The translations under genes were made by a program, and so were the position numbers. A stretch of DNA of 64,000 nt, from the NCBI GenBank assembly GCA_016176525.1, contig JACOWZ010000003.1:320001-384000 (forward strand), in the 5' to 3' direction. Source of the stretch: Candidatus Colwellbacteria bacterium. Its GTDB lineage: Bacteria > Patescibacteriota > Minisyncoccia > UBA6257 > Colwellbacteraceae. Shown here piece by piece: positions 19,923 to 28,764 of this stretch (position 1 is its first letter; the number at the start of each line of letters is the position of its first letter). The notes under the pieces were generated by a model. That model searched no databases and had not been told where the DNA came from. It saw only the letters and a list, made by a program, of their open reading frames with translations.

Positions 19923-20005
19923 ATTGATATTATAACGTTTTTTTATCTTTTCGCGTTTCCGTTTGTTTTGGTGCTACTGAATGAATTCAAGAGTTAATTC
20001 ATGAG

Positions 20006-20116
20006 TTGACAATTTGGTTATTTTATTATATATTGTTTTGCGTTAGAGTGTGAGCTCCAAGGAAGACTAAAAAGCTCGCGTTCTTTAATATAAGAAAACA
20101 AAAGAGGTGAAGAAAA
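20006..20116 (+). promoter_or_regulatory. sigma70 promoter + hairpin + boxA-like + SD leader (copy A)
   Basis: TTGACA(20006)-17-TATATT; TGTGAGCT/AGCTCGCG stem; TTCTTT; AAAACAAAAGAGGTGAAG. Confidence 0.75.
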
Positions 20117-20794
20117 CTGGAGTACGATATCCGGCAGGTAGCGGAAATTGCTGCTGGGGTTGTGGCTCTGGTGGCATTTGTTCCGTACATCGCGTCCATT
20201 TTGGGCAAAACCCGGCACAGGACTCGGCCAAGTCAGGCAACCTGGTTTGTGCTTAGCCTTACAGCCGCTATAACTCTTGCAAGTTATAGCGCGGCAGTGC
20301 ACGGAGCTGCAATTTGGATTGCGAGGGGCTATGTTGTAGGCACAATTGTCGTTTTTCTACTTTCCCTAAAGTTTGGCAGGGGTCCGCTAACAAAGGCGGG
20401 CCGCACAAACGGAGTGGGGATGGAAAGACCCGGCTATGTAGCTTACGACAAAGCCAAGGCGCGCGAAGCAGTTGCCAACGTAGTTGCTCTTATCGGGTGC
20501 CTGGGTACGCTTGCACTTTGGGCGAGCACCGAATCCGCGGAGTTTGCACTTCTTGCGATTTTGGCAACCGACCTTGTTGGGCTTGTGCCTACGTTTGTAA
20601 ATGTTTGGGTGCATCCCAAAGAAGAGCACGCAATTGCCTGGGCAATGAGCTCTTGGGCGAGCTTGATTGCGCTAATGGTTGTTGTGGCAGACGGTTGGAT
20701 CTTCTTGGACGCCGCCTACCCGTTCTACATCTGGGTTACAAGCGGTGCGATTGCACTCTTGGGCCTGCGAAGAGAACGCATCTCTACCCCCTAA
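20117..20794 (+). CDS. multi-TM membrane protein of unknown function
   Basis: Six to seven hydrophobic segments (PY..SI..K..TRP...TW; D.....PT...W..P..E....W). An in-frame CTG at 20117 sits 6 nt after GAGGTGA; the ORF track start is 20162. Confidence 0.75.
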   Translation: MEYDIRQVAEIAAGVVALVAFVPYIASILGKTRHRTRPSQATWFVLSLTAAITLASYSAAVHGAAIWIARGYVVGTIVVFLLSLKFGRGPLTKAGRTNGVGMERPGYVAYDKAKAREAVANVVALIGCLGTLALWASTESAEFALLAILATDLVGLVPTFVNVWVHPKEEHAIAWAMSSWASLIALMVVVADGWIFLDAAYPFYIWVTSGAIALLGLRRERISTP

Positions 20795-20795
20795 C

Positions 20796-20834
20796 CCGCC
20801 GTGATGGATTCACATCTGTCTCGGCGGTTTTTTT
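20796..20834 (+). terminator. intrinsic terminator
   Basis: CCGCCG...CGGCGG followed by TTTTTTT immediately after the stop codon. Confidence 0.7.
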
Positions 20835-20860
20835 GTTGTTTTTTAGTATAATAAAAGTAA

Positions 20861-21064
20861 ATGAAATTGGATGTTTTAATTAGTATAATGGTTCTAATTG
20901 TTACTGGTGGATTGCTTTTGTATTTTGCGGTTGCTAGCCCAAGCGAACCCGACGTAGATAAGACCCAGGATTCTACAAACCCAGCAGGTTATCTTGGCCC
21001 AAACTACACGAGTCTGCCCGACGAAGATTTTTATAATATTATTCAATCTATGACCGCGCAGTAG
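20861..21064 (+). CDS. small single-TM protein (paralogue 1)
   Basis: TATAAT 8 nt before ATG; N-terminal TM; similar to the next ORF. Confidence 0.65.
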   Translation: MKLDVLISIMVLIVTGGLLLYFAVASPSEPDVDKTQDSTNPAGYLGPNYTSLPDEDFYNIIQSMTAQ

Positions 21065-21096
21065 GCCGTGTCCCACGAAGCAATCTCTACCCATCT

Positions 21097-21128
21097 ACTC
21101 CGACGACATCTCGTCGGAGTCTTCTTTT
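21097..21128 (+). terminator. perfect 10-bp hairpin (terminator or REP-like)
   Basis: ACTCCGACGA-CATC-TCGTCGGAGT followed by CTTCTTTT. Confidence 0.65.
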
Positions 21129-21151
21129 ATTGTTTTTAGTATAATAAAAGT

Positions 21152-21442
21152 ATGAGATTGATTGTTTTAATAGTGGTTGCAATTTTAATTATCGCGGGTG
21201 GAGTTTTGCTTTGGTATTATGTTTCGCAATCGGGGCCCAACAATCTAACAGAACCTCCATTAACTGAACTTACAAAAGAACAACGGGAACTCCTAGAGCG
21301 CCTGCGCGGCACTCCAAAGTCTGACCCTGGCGCCCAAGAGAAACAACTTACCGAGCTGGAGCAACAAATAGCAGGTGAAGGCGGAGAGCCGCTAACCTAT
21401 GCAGAAATTCAGGAACTTATGCAAAAAATGCGCTCGCAATAA
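21152..21442 (+). CDS. small single-TM protein (paralogue 2)
   Basis: TATAAT 6 nt before ATG; N-terminal TM then helical domain. Confidence 0.7.
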   Translation: MRLIVLIVVAILIIAGGVLLWYYVSQSGPNNLTEPPLTELTKEQRELLERLRGTPKSDPGAQEKQLTELEQQIAGEGGEPLTYAEIQELMQKMRSQ

Positions 21443-21458
21443 TATATAATAAATATAT

Positions 21459-22754
21459 ATGAGAAAAACATTAATAATATCAGCAGTTTTTATAGCAATA
21501 TTAGGTTTTGTAAACATAAGTGTGGCTGCTTGGAATCCGCCGCAGGGTAATCCGCCAAGTGCAAATACTTCTCAACCCATAAATATCGGTACCACAGTCC
21601 AAACCAAACAAGGAGGCCTAATAGTTGGCTCTGTTGCCGGTGGTTTGGGTATAGGCAATGGCAATCTTGTTGTTCAATCTGGCGCGGTTATAACCCCAAC
21701 ACTGCAAGTTACCTCTGGCGCACAAACCGGTAGAGTTTTGACATCTGATGCTTCCGGCAATGCCACTTGGCAGGCACCAACAGGCACCACATATTCGGCT
21801 GGTTACGGACTTACTCTTTCGGGCACAACCTTTAGTGTAAACACTGGTGTCATCCAAAACAGAGTGACTGGCGCCTGCTCACCAGGCAATGCTATCAGGG
21901 CAATAGATGCAAACGGCAATGTAACTTGTGAACTAGATGATGCAGGCGGAGGCAGCGGCACAGTCACTCGAGTTGACACAGGTAACGGCCTACAAGGAGG
22001 CCCGATTACCACATCTGGCACAATCTCCATTAACGCCCCTGCTTGTGCAGGCAATGAGTACAGTAGATGGACAGGTTCTTCTTGGGTTTGTGGTACAGAC
22101 CAAGTCGGCGGTGGTGGCGGTGGAGGAGGAGTCGGCGGCAGCGGCACCGCAAACTGGATACCGAAGTGGACTGGCACAGGCCAGCTTGGCAACTCAATTA
22201 TTTTTGAAAGTGGTAACGAGATACAGGTAAAAAGAGGTAGCGATTATTTAGGGTTTGGCCCAAATAGAGACAACGCCGGCTACAACGACATAGCTTCTAT
22301 CATAGGCGGTGGTTGGGGAAATTTGATATTAAACAGAGGCGGGGGAAGAGTTGGCGTAGGAAAAACGAATCCGGCGGGCACGTTTGATGTTGCCGGCTCG
22401 CTGTGTATTTCTGGAGACTGCAGAACAAGTTGGCCTTCTGGCGGCGGTGGTGGGTCAACACAGATTAAGACATTTGATCGGATAGTGGATTGTAACGGTG
22501 ACTGTTCCGGTCTTGTAAAAACATATTGCGAAAACACTCGGTCGGGTTCTTACCCCATCGCTGTGTCTTGTGAAGATCCTCAGACTAGAGCTGGGAATAG
22601 TCCCGGTAGTTGTGGAGGAAGCACGGGCTCTTCAAGTTGCACTGACAGCACTGCTGCGGCTAGTTGGGGAGGCAGTTTTGGAGAATATGGGCTTGGAGCA
22701 TTTTGCAAAGATACTGGCGGAACTGACGCCATAATATTCTGCGCTTATCCATAA
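21459..22754 (+). CDS. secreted Gly/Cys-rich fibre-like surface protein
   Basis: Signal peptide; WNPP.GNPP..N...PIN.G...QTK.G.L, G.VLTSDASGNATW, VGVG..NP...FDV.G.LC..GDCR.SWP; Cys-rich C-terminus. Confidence 0.75.
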   Translation: MRKTLIISAVFIAILGFVNISVAAWNPPQGNPPSANTSQPINIGTTVQTKQGGLIVGSVAGGLGIGNGNLVVQSGAVITPTLQVTSGAQTGRVLTSDASGNATWQAPTGTTYSAGYGLTLSGTTFSVNTGVIQNRVTGACSPGNAIRAIDANGNVTCELDDAGGGSGTVTRVDTGNGLQGGPITTSGTISINAPACAGNEYSRWTGSSWVCGTDQVGGGGGGGGVGGSGTANWIPKWTGTGQLGNSIIFESGNEIQVKRGSDYLGFGPNRDNAGYNDIASIIGGGWGNLILNRGGGRVGVGKTNPAGTFDVAGSLCISGDCRTSWPSGGGGGSTQIKTFDRIVDCNGDCSGLVKTYCENTRSGSYPIAVSCEDPQTRAGNSPGSCGGSTGSSSCTDSTAAASWGGSFGEYGLGAFCKDTGGTDAIIFCAYP

Positions 22755-22756
22755 AT

Positions 22757-22787
22757 AAAAAAAACGCTCTAAGTTTGTTAGAGCGTT
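22757..22787 (-). terminator. terminator between convergent genes
   Basis: AACGCTCTAA-GTTTG-TTAGAGCGTT stem; the plus-strand A-run gives a U-tract on the minus strand. Confidence 0.7.
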
Positions 22788-23239
22788 ACGGTTTCGGTGT
22801 ACGTCCCGGTTCTCCCTTGTTTATCAACCACTTTTAGTGTTACTTCGTATGTTCCGGTGGAAGCATACGTGTGGCTGACTACTTCGCTTGTCGTTTTATT
22901 TCCATCGCCGAAGTCCCACTCCCAGCTTTCTATGTTGTAATTCGGGTGCGCCCAGTGAAACTGGCAGGAGAGGGAATCGCTTTCGCAGTTATACGCGAAC
23001 CATGGAGGTGGGTATTCTTCCTCTGGTGAAGTAGCTTCGTAGAGCTCTCCTTCTGTAGGTGTAGGCGACGGGGATGTTGTGCCGGAGTCTTGGGAGTTTT
23101 GCGAGAACGGGTTGAAGCTTTCCGGAATACTCCCGGAAATTTCTCCGCCGGTCATCGCCGAAACCGCCAGCATTGTGCCTAGGGTTACAACAAACGAGGT
23201 TACCGCGCTTGTTGCAATGGTTGCTACTATTTTTGCCAC
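22778..23239 (-). CDS. membrane-anchored PKD-domain protein
   Basis: WEWDFGDG.....SHTY...GTY.VTL.V.D..G PKD signature; N-terminal TM; start placed at the GTG 5 nt after GAGGTGA. Confidence 0.82.
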   Translation of the reverse strand: MAKIVATIATSAVTSFVVTLGTMLAVSAMTGGEISGSIPESFNPFSQNSQDSGTTSPSPTPTEGELYEATSPEEEYPPPWFAYNCESDSLSCQFHWAHPNYNIESWEWDFGDGNKTTSEVVSHTYASTGTYEVTLKVVDKQGRTGTYTETVTL

Positions 23240-23297
23240 TTGGTTCACCTCTTAAAGAACTTTTCACCAAAATACCAGTTAATAGTTTACTTGTCAA
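23240..23297 (-). promoter_or_regulatory. sigma70 promoter + boxA-like + SD leader (copy B)
   Basis: Minus strand: TTGACA-17-(TGG)TATTTT...GTTCTTTAAGAGGTGAACCAA-GTG. Confidence 0.7.
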
Positions 23298-23336
23298 GTT
23301 TTGCAGCGGATTACATTACTATATAATATATGTGTT

Positions 23337-24002
23337 GTGGAACAAGAATATCAGGAAAAGAAGTCAAACTCTTACTTTTTGCCGGTTTCTATTATTATCG
23401 CCGGCGCGTTTATTGCGAGTGCGATTTATTTTGGTGGCGGTTCTAGTAGCTCGCAGAATGCAAATGTTATCGCGGGTTTAGTAGATACTAAAGATTGGCC
23501 TGTGGTCGGCGTGGCAGATGCGCCGGTTACTATAATTGAATATGCAGATTTTACATGCCCATATTGTACAAGATTTGCTCTAGAAATAATGCCGCTTATA
23601 AAACGTGACTATATTGATACGGGCAAAGTGCGACTTGTGTATAAAGATTTTATTGCCGTGGGGGGTCAGAAGGCTGCGGAGGCCGCGCATTGCGCCGTAG
23701 AGCAAGGTAAGTTTTGGCAATATCACGATCTGTTGTTTGAGCGCAACGCCGAGGATAGGGGTTCGTGGCACGGCGTAGAGGTCCACCGAGACTACGCCGA
23801 AACTCTAGGGTTAGATGTGGGTGCGCTTGTAGAGTGTTTCCAGTCTGGGCGCTATCAAGAGAAGGTTGAAACTTCTACCAAAGAAGCGCGCGCTTTTGGC
23901 GCCACTGGCACTCCGTTTTTTATTGTTAACAACAGGCCAATATTGGGCGCCCAGCCGTATGTGGTATTTCAAGAAGCAATAGAATTCGCCTTGTCTAATT
24001 GA
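23337..24002 (+). CDS. DsbA/BdbD-like thioredoxin-fold protein
   Basis: IIEYADFTCPYC, AAEAA.CA.EQGKFW.YHD.LF, GTP.F; N-terminal TM; start approximate. Confidence 0.9.
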   Translation: MEQEYQEKKSNSYFLPVSIIIAGAFIASAIYFGGGSSSSQNANVIAGLVDTKDWPVVGVADAPVTIIEYADFTCPYCTRFALEIMPLIKRDYIDTGKVRLVYKDFIAVGGQKAAEAAHCAVEQGKFWQYHDLLFERNAEDRGSWHGVEVHRDYAETLGLDVGALVECFQSGRYQEKVETSTKEARAFGATGTPFFIVNNRPILGAQPYVVFQEAIEFALSN

Positions 24003-24003
24003 T

Positions 24004-24094
24004 TTGACAACTCAATAACTTTGTGCTAGATTAGTTTGTGTTAGATGCGAGCCTAAAGAGCTCGCGTTCTTTTAAAACAAAAGAGGTGAAGGAA
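24004..24094 (+). promoter_or_regulatory. sigma70 promoter + hairpin + boxA-like + SD leader (copy C)
   Basis: TTGACA(24004)-17-(TGC)TAGATT; TGCGAGC/GCTCGCG stem; TTCTTTT; AAAACAAAAGAGGTGAAG. Confidence 0.78.
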
Positions 24095-24277
24095 ATGGGT
24101 GACTGGGTTGAATGTGGTACATGCGATGGGACCGGAGTTGTAACATGTGGTCGTTGCGATGGCGATGGCCAGATGGAACACGACGGCAAGTACGAAGATT
24201 GCTACCAATGCGGCGGCGATGGCGAGCAAACCTGTGTAATTTGCCATGGAAAAGGTGAAAACTACAGCTACACATAG
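24095..24277 (+). CDS. stand-alone DnaJ-type zinc-finger microprotein (60 aa)
   Basis: Four CxxCxGxG repeats; ATG 5 nt after GAGGTGA. Confidence 0.8.
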   Translation: MGDWVECGTCDGTGVVTCGRCDGDGQMEHDGKYEDCYQCGGDGEQTCVICHGKGENYSYT

Positions 24278-24285
24278 GCAAAACA

Positions 24286-24314
24286 AGCTCCTTATTGTAC
24301 GAGGAGCTATTTTT
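24286..24314 (+). terminator. intrinsic terminator
   Basis: AGCTCCT...AGGAGCT followed by ATTTTT. Confidence 0.65.
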
Positions 24315-24335
24315 ATTCTAGAATCTAGATATATT

Positions 24336-25541
24336 ATGAAGCTTATAAAAAAGAAAAAATGTCCTCACTGCGAACCGATTGATATATATTTACCACACTC
24401 TATGGCATATATTCACTCATCCATAGTAAGTGTTTGTAATTCAGCATATAAGAAACTTATACAGAACAGTTTCTCTAATAGAATATCACTGATCGGAAAT
24501 TATATTGAAAAAGGGTTTATTAGTTTCTTGGTTAAGTTTTTATCTTTTATAAAACTAGGGCGTTTTGTACTTATTAATAAGGCTGTTATAGAAAATCTTC
24601 CCAGAAAAACAGCCTTGATAGCGCAAGAGGCGATAAAGCGCGGATATAAGATAGAATATTTCCAATTTTTAAATAGAATTACGAATATTTTTAGATTTAA
24701 TTATGGCGGTGGGAGTTTTTTGTTCTTATCCTCGCCGCTTTTAAATTTTTCTAAGTTTGATAATCCTAAAATTAACTTTACTGATAAATATGAATTTAAG
24801 AAATTTTTAATGTCTTTAAACCTTCCGCATCCTCAAGGTAAATCTTTTATTAGTTCTAAATCGGCATTAAAATATGCAGCGGATTTAGGATTTCCTATTG
24901 TAGTTAAACCAACTTCCGGCTCTTTAAGCAGACATACAACGGTTGGTATTGCTGATATTCCCGAACTTAAAAATGCTATAAGAGTAGCTAAGATGCTAGG
25001 GCCGAGGTTTATTGTAGAAAAATTTATTGAAGGCGATGTTTACCGCGGTGTAGTTATAGGGAATAAATTTGTCGCTGCCGCCAGGCGAGAGCCTCCAAGT
25101 ATTGTAGGCGACGGAGTGTGTACCATTTCACAATTAATTGAACTAAAAGATAAAAATACCCGTAAGCAAAATAGTGTACTCGCCAAACAATTTCTTAAGT
25201 CGCGGGGCGTAAATATAGAAACAATCCCCGAATTAGGCGAGAAAATATCTATTTATAACAAAGTTATTCTAGCGGCGGGAGGAGATATTCATGATGTTAC
25301 CAACGCAATTCATAAAGAAAACATTGCTTTATTAGAACGTATTAGTAAATTACTAGAAACATCACTAGTAGGGTTTGATTTTATAACAACAAACATATCC
25401 AAACCTTGGCATACCACGCCTTTTGCGATAATAGAGGCGAATAATGACCCACACTTTGATATGCATTATTATCCAACATCAGGCAAAACCATAAATGTGG
25501 CTAAATTTATATTAGATGAAGTAGAGGAAACAGTTATTTAA
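24336..25541 (+). CDS. ATP-grasp ligase (cyanophycin synthetase/GshF-like domain)
   Basis: DKY..K..L, GFPIVVKP..GS, IVEKFIEG..YR, R.P..IVGDG..TI..LI, GG...DVT..IH, GFDFI..NIS.PW, IIEAN..P. Confidence 0.82.
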   Translation: MKLIKKKKCPHCEPIDIYLPHSMAYIHSSIVSVCNSAYKKLIQNSFSNRISLIGNYIEKGFISFLVKFLSFIKLGRFVLINKAVIENLPRKTALIAQEAIKRGYKIEYFQFLNRITNIFRFNYGGGSFLFLSSPLLNFSKFDNPKINFTDKYEFKKFLMSLNLPHPQGKSFISSKSALKYAADLGFPIVVKPTSGSLSRHTTVGIADIPELKNAIRVAKMLGPRFIVEKFIEGDVYRGVVIGNKFVAAARREPPSIVGDGVCTISQLIELKDKNTRKQNSVLAKQFLKSRGVNIETIPELGEKISIYNKVILAAGGDIHDVTNAIHKENIALLERISKLLETSLVGFDFITTNISKPWHTTPFAIIEANNDPHFDMHYYPTSGKTINVAKFILDEVEETVI

Positions 25542-25584
25542 TCTCCACACGCGGGATTTGTAGTTGTGGGGTATAATTTTATTT

Positions 25585-26424
25585 ATGTCTGGGGAATATA
25601 ATCGAGATCTTTCTCTTAGTAATTTTTTACTTGTTGATGAATGCTTATTAGATGTTAGGCGCGTTTCTTTTTTTAAGAATGCTATAGATAGAGTAGTTAA
25701 GCCTGGATATGTAGTTGTAGATGGTGGGACAGGCACAGGAATTATTGCTTTGTTTGCAGCAAAGCGCGGGGCAAGGGTTTATGCTGTGGAACGCGATAGA
25801 GATATTTCTAGGATCACAGAACAAAATGTACATAGCAATGGATTTAGTAAGAAGATTCAAGTTATAAATAAAGATATTAGGGATTTCAAATTGCCTCGCA
25901 GGTTACACGCTGATGTAGTAGCTATGGAAATGTTAGATACGTGGCTTGTTGCTGAACAACAAGCCCCGGCTATTATAGCCTTAAAGAAAAATGGAGTTAT
26001 AACCAATGATACTATTTTGTTGCCAGATAGAATGAGTTGTTTGATAAGAATTGTCAATTATGATTTTGATTTTTATGATTTTGAAATACCTATTGTAATG
26101 CAAGCTAGAAACTTTGGAGCAGTTAAAAGGGTTAAGGAAGTTGTAAGTAATTTTCTAGATTGTTTATCTATAGATCTAAAATCTATTAGTAATACAAAGA
26201 TAGATATTAATATATCGATTCCCGCAATTAGGAATGGTATAATAAATGCTGTAGAGTTAAGTTCGGATATATATCTTGATGGTAGAAAATATAAGAGCAC
26301 ATCAGATATGAATATGCCTGTTATTGTGCCTATTAAAAGGAGAAGAGTTAAAAAGGGCGATAAAGTAAGATTAAATATTAATTATCAAATGGGTCGTGGA
26401 TTTGGTGAGTTTAAAATAAACTAA
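25585..26424 (+). CDS. class I SAM-dependent methyltransferase, PRMT-like fold
   Basis: L.D..R...F..AI, VVDGGTGTGI, VYAVE, DVV..EMLDT.L..E double-Glu loop, C-terminal beta-rich part. Confidence 0.8.
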   Translation: MSGEYNRDLSLSNFLLVDECLLDVRRVSFFKNAIDRVVKPGYVVVDGGTGTGIIALFAAKRGARVYAVERDRDISRITEQNVHSNGFSKKIQVINKDIRDFKLPRRLHADVVAMEMLDTWLVAEQQAPAIIALKKNGVITNDTILLPDRMSCLIRIVNYDFDFYDFEIPIVMQARNFGAVKRVKEVVSNFLDCLSIDLKSISNTKIDINISIPAIRNGIINAVELSSDIYLDGRKYKSTSDMNMPVIVPIKRRRVKKGDKVRLNINYQMGRGFGEFKIN

Positions 26425-26427
26425 TCT

Positions 26428-27258
26428 ATGCATTTAATTACACATCTGTTTAAGCTCTTAACCAGAAGTTTGGTTGCTAAAATATTGATTGCAATTTATT
26501 TATTGCTAGTTATTTTCTGGATTTGGATACAGTATCAAGGATTAACCGAAGGACCTATCAATAACTTATTTGGGGCCTTGTATCCTATAATTTCACTGAC
26601 AGCAGGTTTATATGGACTTTTTATTGCCTCAAAAGAATGGGGTGGTATGAGTAGTTTAATAGGTAAGGGTGTTATTTTTTTATCATTAGGATTGTTGGCC
26701 CAAGTCTTCGGTCAACTAACGTGGAGCTATTTTACTATTATCGCAGGTGTTGAAGTTCCCTATCCATCTATTGCGGATATAGGATATTTCTTAATAATTC
26801 CATTTTATGCCTACGCTATGTATAATTTTGCAAAAGTTGCTGGTGTTAGAGTGGGTTTAAAAACTCTTAGTGGCCAATTACAGGCTATAGTAATTCCCTT
26901 ATTAATGATTGCAGTAGCCTTCACTCTTTTCTTAAAAGATGTTGATTATGACTTTTTAGGAGATCCAATCAGGACATTCTTAGATTTTGGCTATCCAGGT
27001 TTTGAAGCAATTGCTATATCAATAGGTATACTAACCTATTCTCTCTCCAGAAGAGTATTGGGTGGGATTATGCGATCTAGAATTCTTTACTTTGTATTTG
27101 CTCTTGTAGCGGCTTATATAACTGATTATATGTTCTTATATCAAGTTGGAGTTGATACATATTACAATGCTGGGCTTGTTGATTTCATGTATATGACGTC
27201 TTTCTTGATTATGTCTCTTGGTGTGATTTCAATGAGATATCCGAAAGATGGTAAATAA
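26428..27258 (+). CDS. approx. 8-TM integral membrane protein (sensor-like, no cytoplasmic output domain)
   Basis: Alternating TMs; PYPSIADIGY and D.GYP motifs. Confidence 0.75.
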   Translation: MHLITHLFKLLTRSLVAKILIAIYLLLVIFWIWIQYQGLTEGPINNLFGALYPIISLTAGLYGLFIASKEWGGMSSLIGKGVIFLSLGLLAQVFGQLTWSYFTIIAGVEVPYPSIADIGYFLIIPFYAYAMYNFAKVAGVRVGLKTLSGQLQAIVIPLLMIAVAFTLFLKDVDYDFLGDPIRTFLDFGYPGFEAIAISIGILTYSLSRRVLGGIMRSRILYFVFALVAAYITDYMFLYQVGVDTYYNAGLVDFMYMTSFLIMSLGVISMRYPKDGK

Positions 27259-27263
27259 CCACC

Positions 27264-27545
27264 ATGACAATTTTTGAGCAAATAGCTGGGAAGATAATAA
27301 AAGAGCAGGAGAGGATTATTGGTCCGCTTGCTTGGGATGAGGCAAGTAAGGTGCCGGGCTTGGAAGTTATAAATAAAAAAACAGGAGAGATTATTATACA
27401 CAGTGACGTTAAAGATGTTTTAGACAAACTCGTGGCGCAATACGAGCGGTTATTCGGCCGCGCCAGCCACGAAGTCTGCCGCGAAGCGGCGCACAGTATG
27501 CTCACAGGCATCGCTCCAACAGAAGTGCCGAGCAGTCTTAAATAA
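27264..27545 (+). CDS. small hypothetical helical protein
   Basis: 93-aa ORF 5 nt after the membrane protein; IIKEQE.IIGPLA, LV.QYE.LFG.AS.EVC. Confidence 0.75.
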   Translation: MTIFEQIAGKIIKEQERIIGPLAWDEASKVPGLEVINKKTGEIIIHSDVKDVLDKLVAQYERLFGRASHEVCREAAHSMLTGIAPTEVPSSLK

Positions 27546-27590
27546 AAAAAACCCCGACTAGACAATAGGTGTCTTAGTCGGGGGTGTTTG
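27543..27590. terminator. hairpin between convergent genes
   Basis: A-run followed by CCCCGACTA...TAGTCGGGG. Confidence 0.7.
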
Positions 27591-27591
27591 G

Positions 27592-28764
27592 TTACGCTGT
27601 TTGGCTGTTTTTCCATGCCTCGAATTGCGCATAGAACGAGTTTTTGTCCGTTCCAAAGGTTGCCTGGAAAGCTTCCTCTGGCGTGGCTCCATTTGTAACT
27701 TCCTCGCAAAGGGTTCTAACAGATATGGGGCCATGCGTGGCGTTCTCCATATTCATTGCGTAGTCCAGTGCAAGGTAGCCAATGTGGCCTGGCCAAACAC
27801 TAGATCCGTTTGCTTCCAGATCTCGCAGAGGGGTGTTCCACTGCTCGCCGTTGCCGGACTTGGCAGCCGACTCCATAAAGTCCATTACGTCTTTCTTGGT
27901 TAAGAATCCGTTCTCAACCACAGTGGCGTAGGTGACTTGTTCGGCAATGCCTTCGTCCCACAGCGACCCTCCGAGCTTTTGCAGGCAGCCAAGCGACCCT
28001 TGCCAAGAGTGCGCGAACTCGTGTATGACGATTTTTTCGCGCCGCGCTTCTGTCGGCCACTCATCCGATCCCTCTGTGTCTTTTGCCCAGTGAGGGTGGG
28101 TAACATCAAAGAAGATTCTTGATGCGCTCGCGGTGCAACATACATTGCTGCTTCCGTCGGCTACCACCCTGACTGTGATGTTGGCAAGAGCATTGTCCGA
28201 GATGCCTCCACCGAGTTCGCGGTCCAAGAAATCTTGTCCGTTGGTCAGACCACAGCGGATTATTACCAAATTTTCTTCTGGAACATCGGGCTCGACATCG
28301 AACTGCATCGCATTTGTTGTTTCGTTGTCGCACAATGCCTCGTGTTCGGGCTCTGGTTCCGGCTCTGGGCTCTGGCTCGGCGATGGGCTTGGGCTAGAGC
28401 TTGGTTCTGGACTCGGGCTCGGGCTTGGGCTCGGCGATGGACTTGGCGATGGACTCTGGCTCGGCGACGGACTTGGACTAGAGCTTGGCTCTGCCTCTGG
28501 TTCCGGCTCGGGAGTCGGACTTGGCGATGGGCTTCCACTTGGGCTAGGGCTTGGTTCCGGCTCCGGCTCGGATTCCGGTTCATATTCAGATTCCGGCTCT
28601 AGTTCGGGTTCAGGCTCTTTTTGTGGTGTCGCAGGTTTATCCGGCGGAACAGTTGGCTCCGGCGGAGGCTCTTTATATTCGGCAGCGTTTGTTGGGTTTA
28701 GCTCTACGCATCCAGCGTTTACTAGGCAAAAGAGGGCTACAACGAGTGTTGTTTTTGTGTACAC
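27592..28764 (-). CDS. putative lipoprotein: long Pro/Ser/Glu linker + gluzincin-like metallopeptidase domain
   Basis: LVVALFCLVNAGC signal, (EP)n/(SP)n repeats, HEFAH...W.EGIAE. Confidence 0.8.
   Translation of the reverse strand: MYTKTTLVVALFCLVNAGCVELNPTNAAEYKEPPPEPTVPPDKPATPQKEPEPELEPESEYEPESEPEPEPSPSPSGSPSPSPTPEPEPEAEPSSSPSPSPSQSPSPSPSPSPSPSPSPEPSSSPSPSPSQSPEPEPEPEHEALCDNETTNAMQFDVEPDVPEENLVIIRCGLTNGQDFLDRELGGGISDNALANITVRVVADGSSNVCCTASASRIFFDVTHPHWAKDTEGSDEWPTEARREKIVIHEFAHSWQGSLGCLQKLGGSLWDEGIAEQVTYATVVENGFLTKKDVMDFMESAAKSGNGEQWNTPLRDLEANGSSVWPGHIGYLALDYAMNMENATHGPISVRTLCEEVTNGATPEEAFQATFGTDKNSFYAQFEAWKNSQTA

Noticed and set aside
9725-22754. Prophage suggested by tail-fibre-like proteins
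   Set aside because: The proteins have signal peptides and sit among housekeeping genes; no capsid, terminase or integrase is present.
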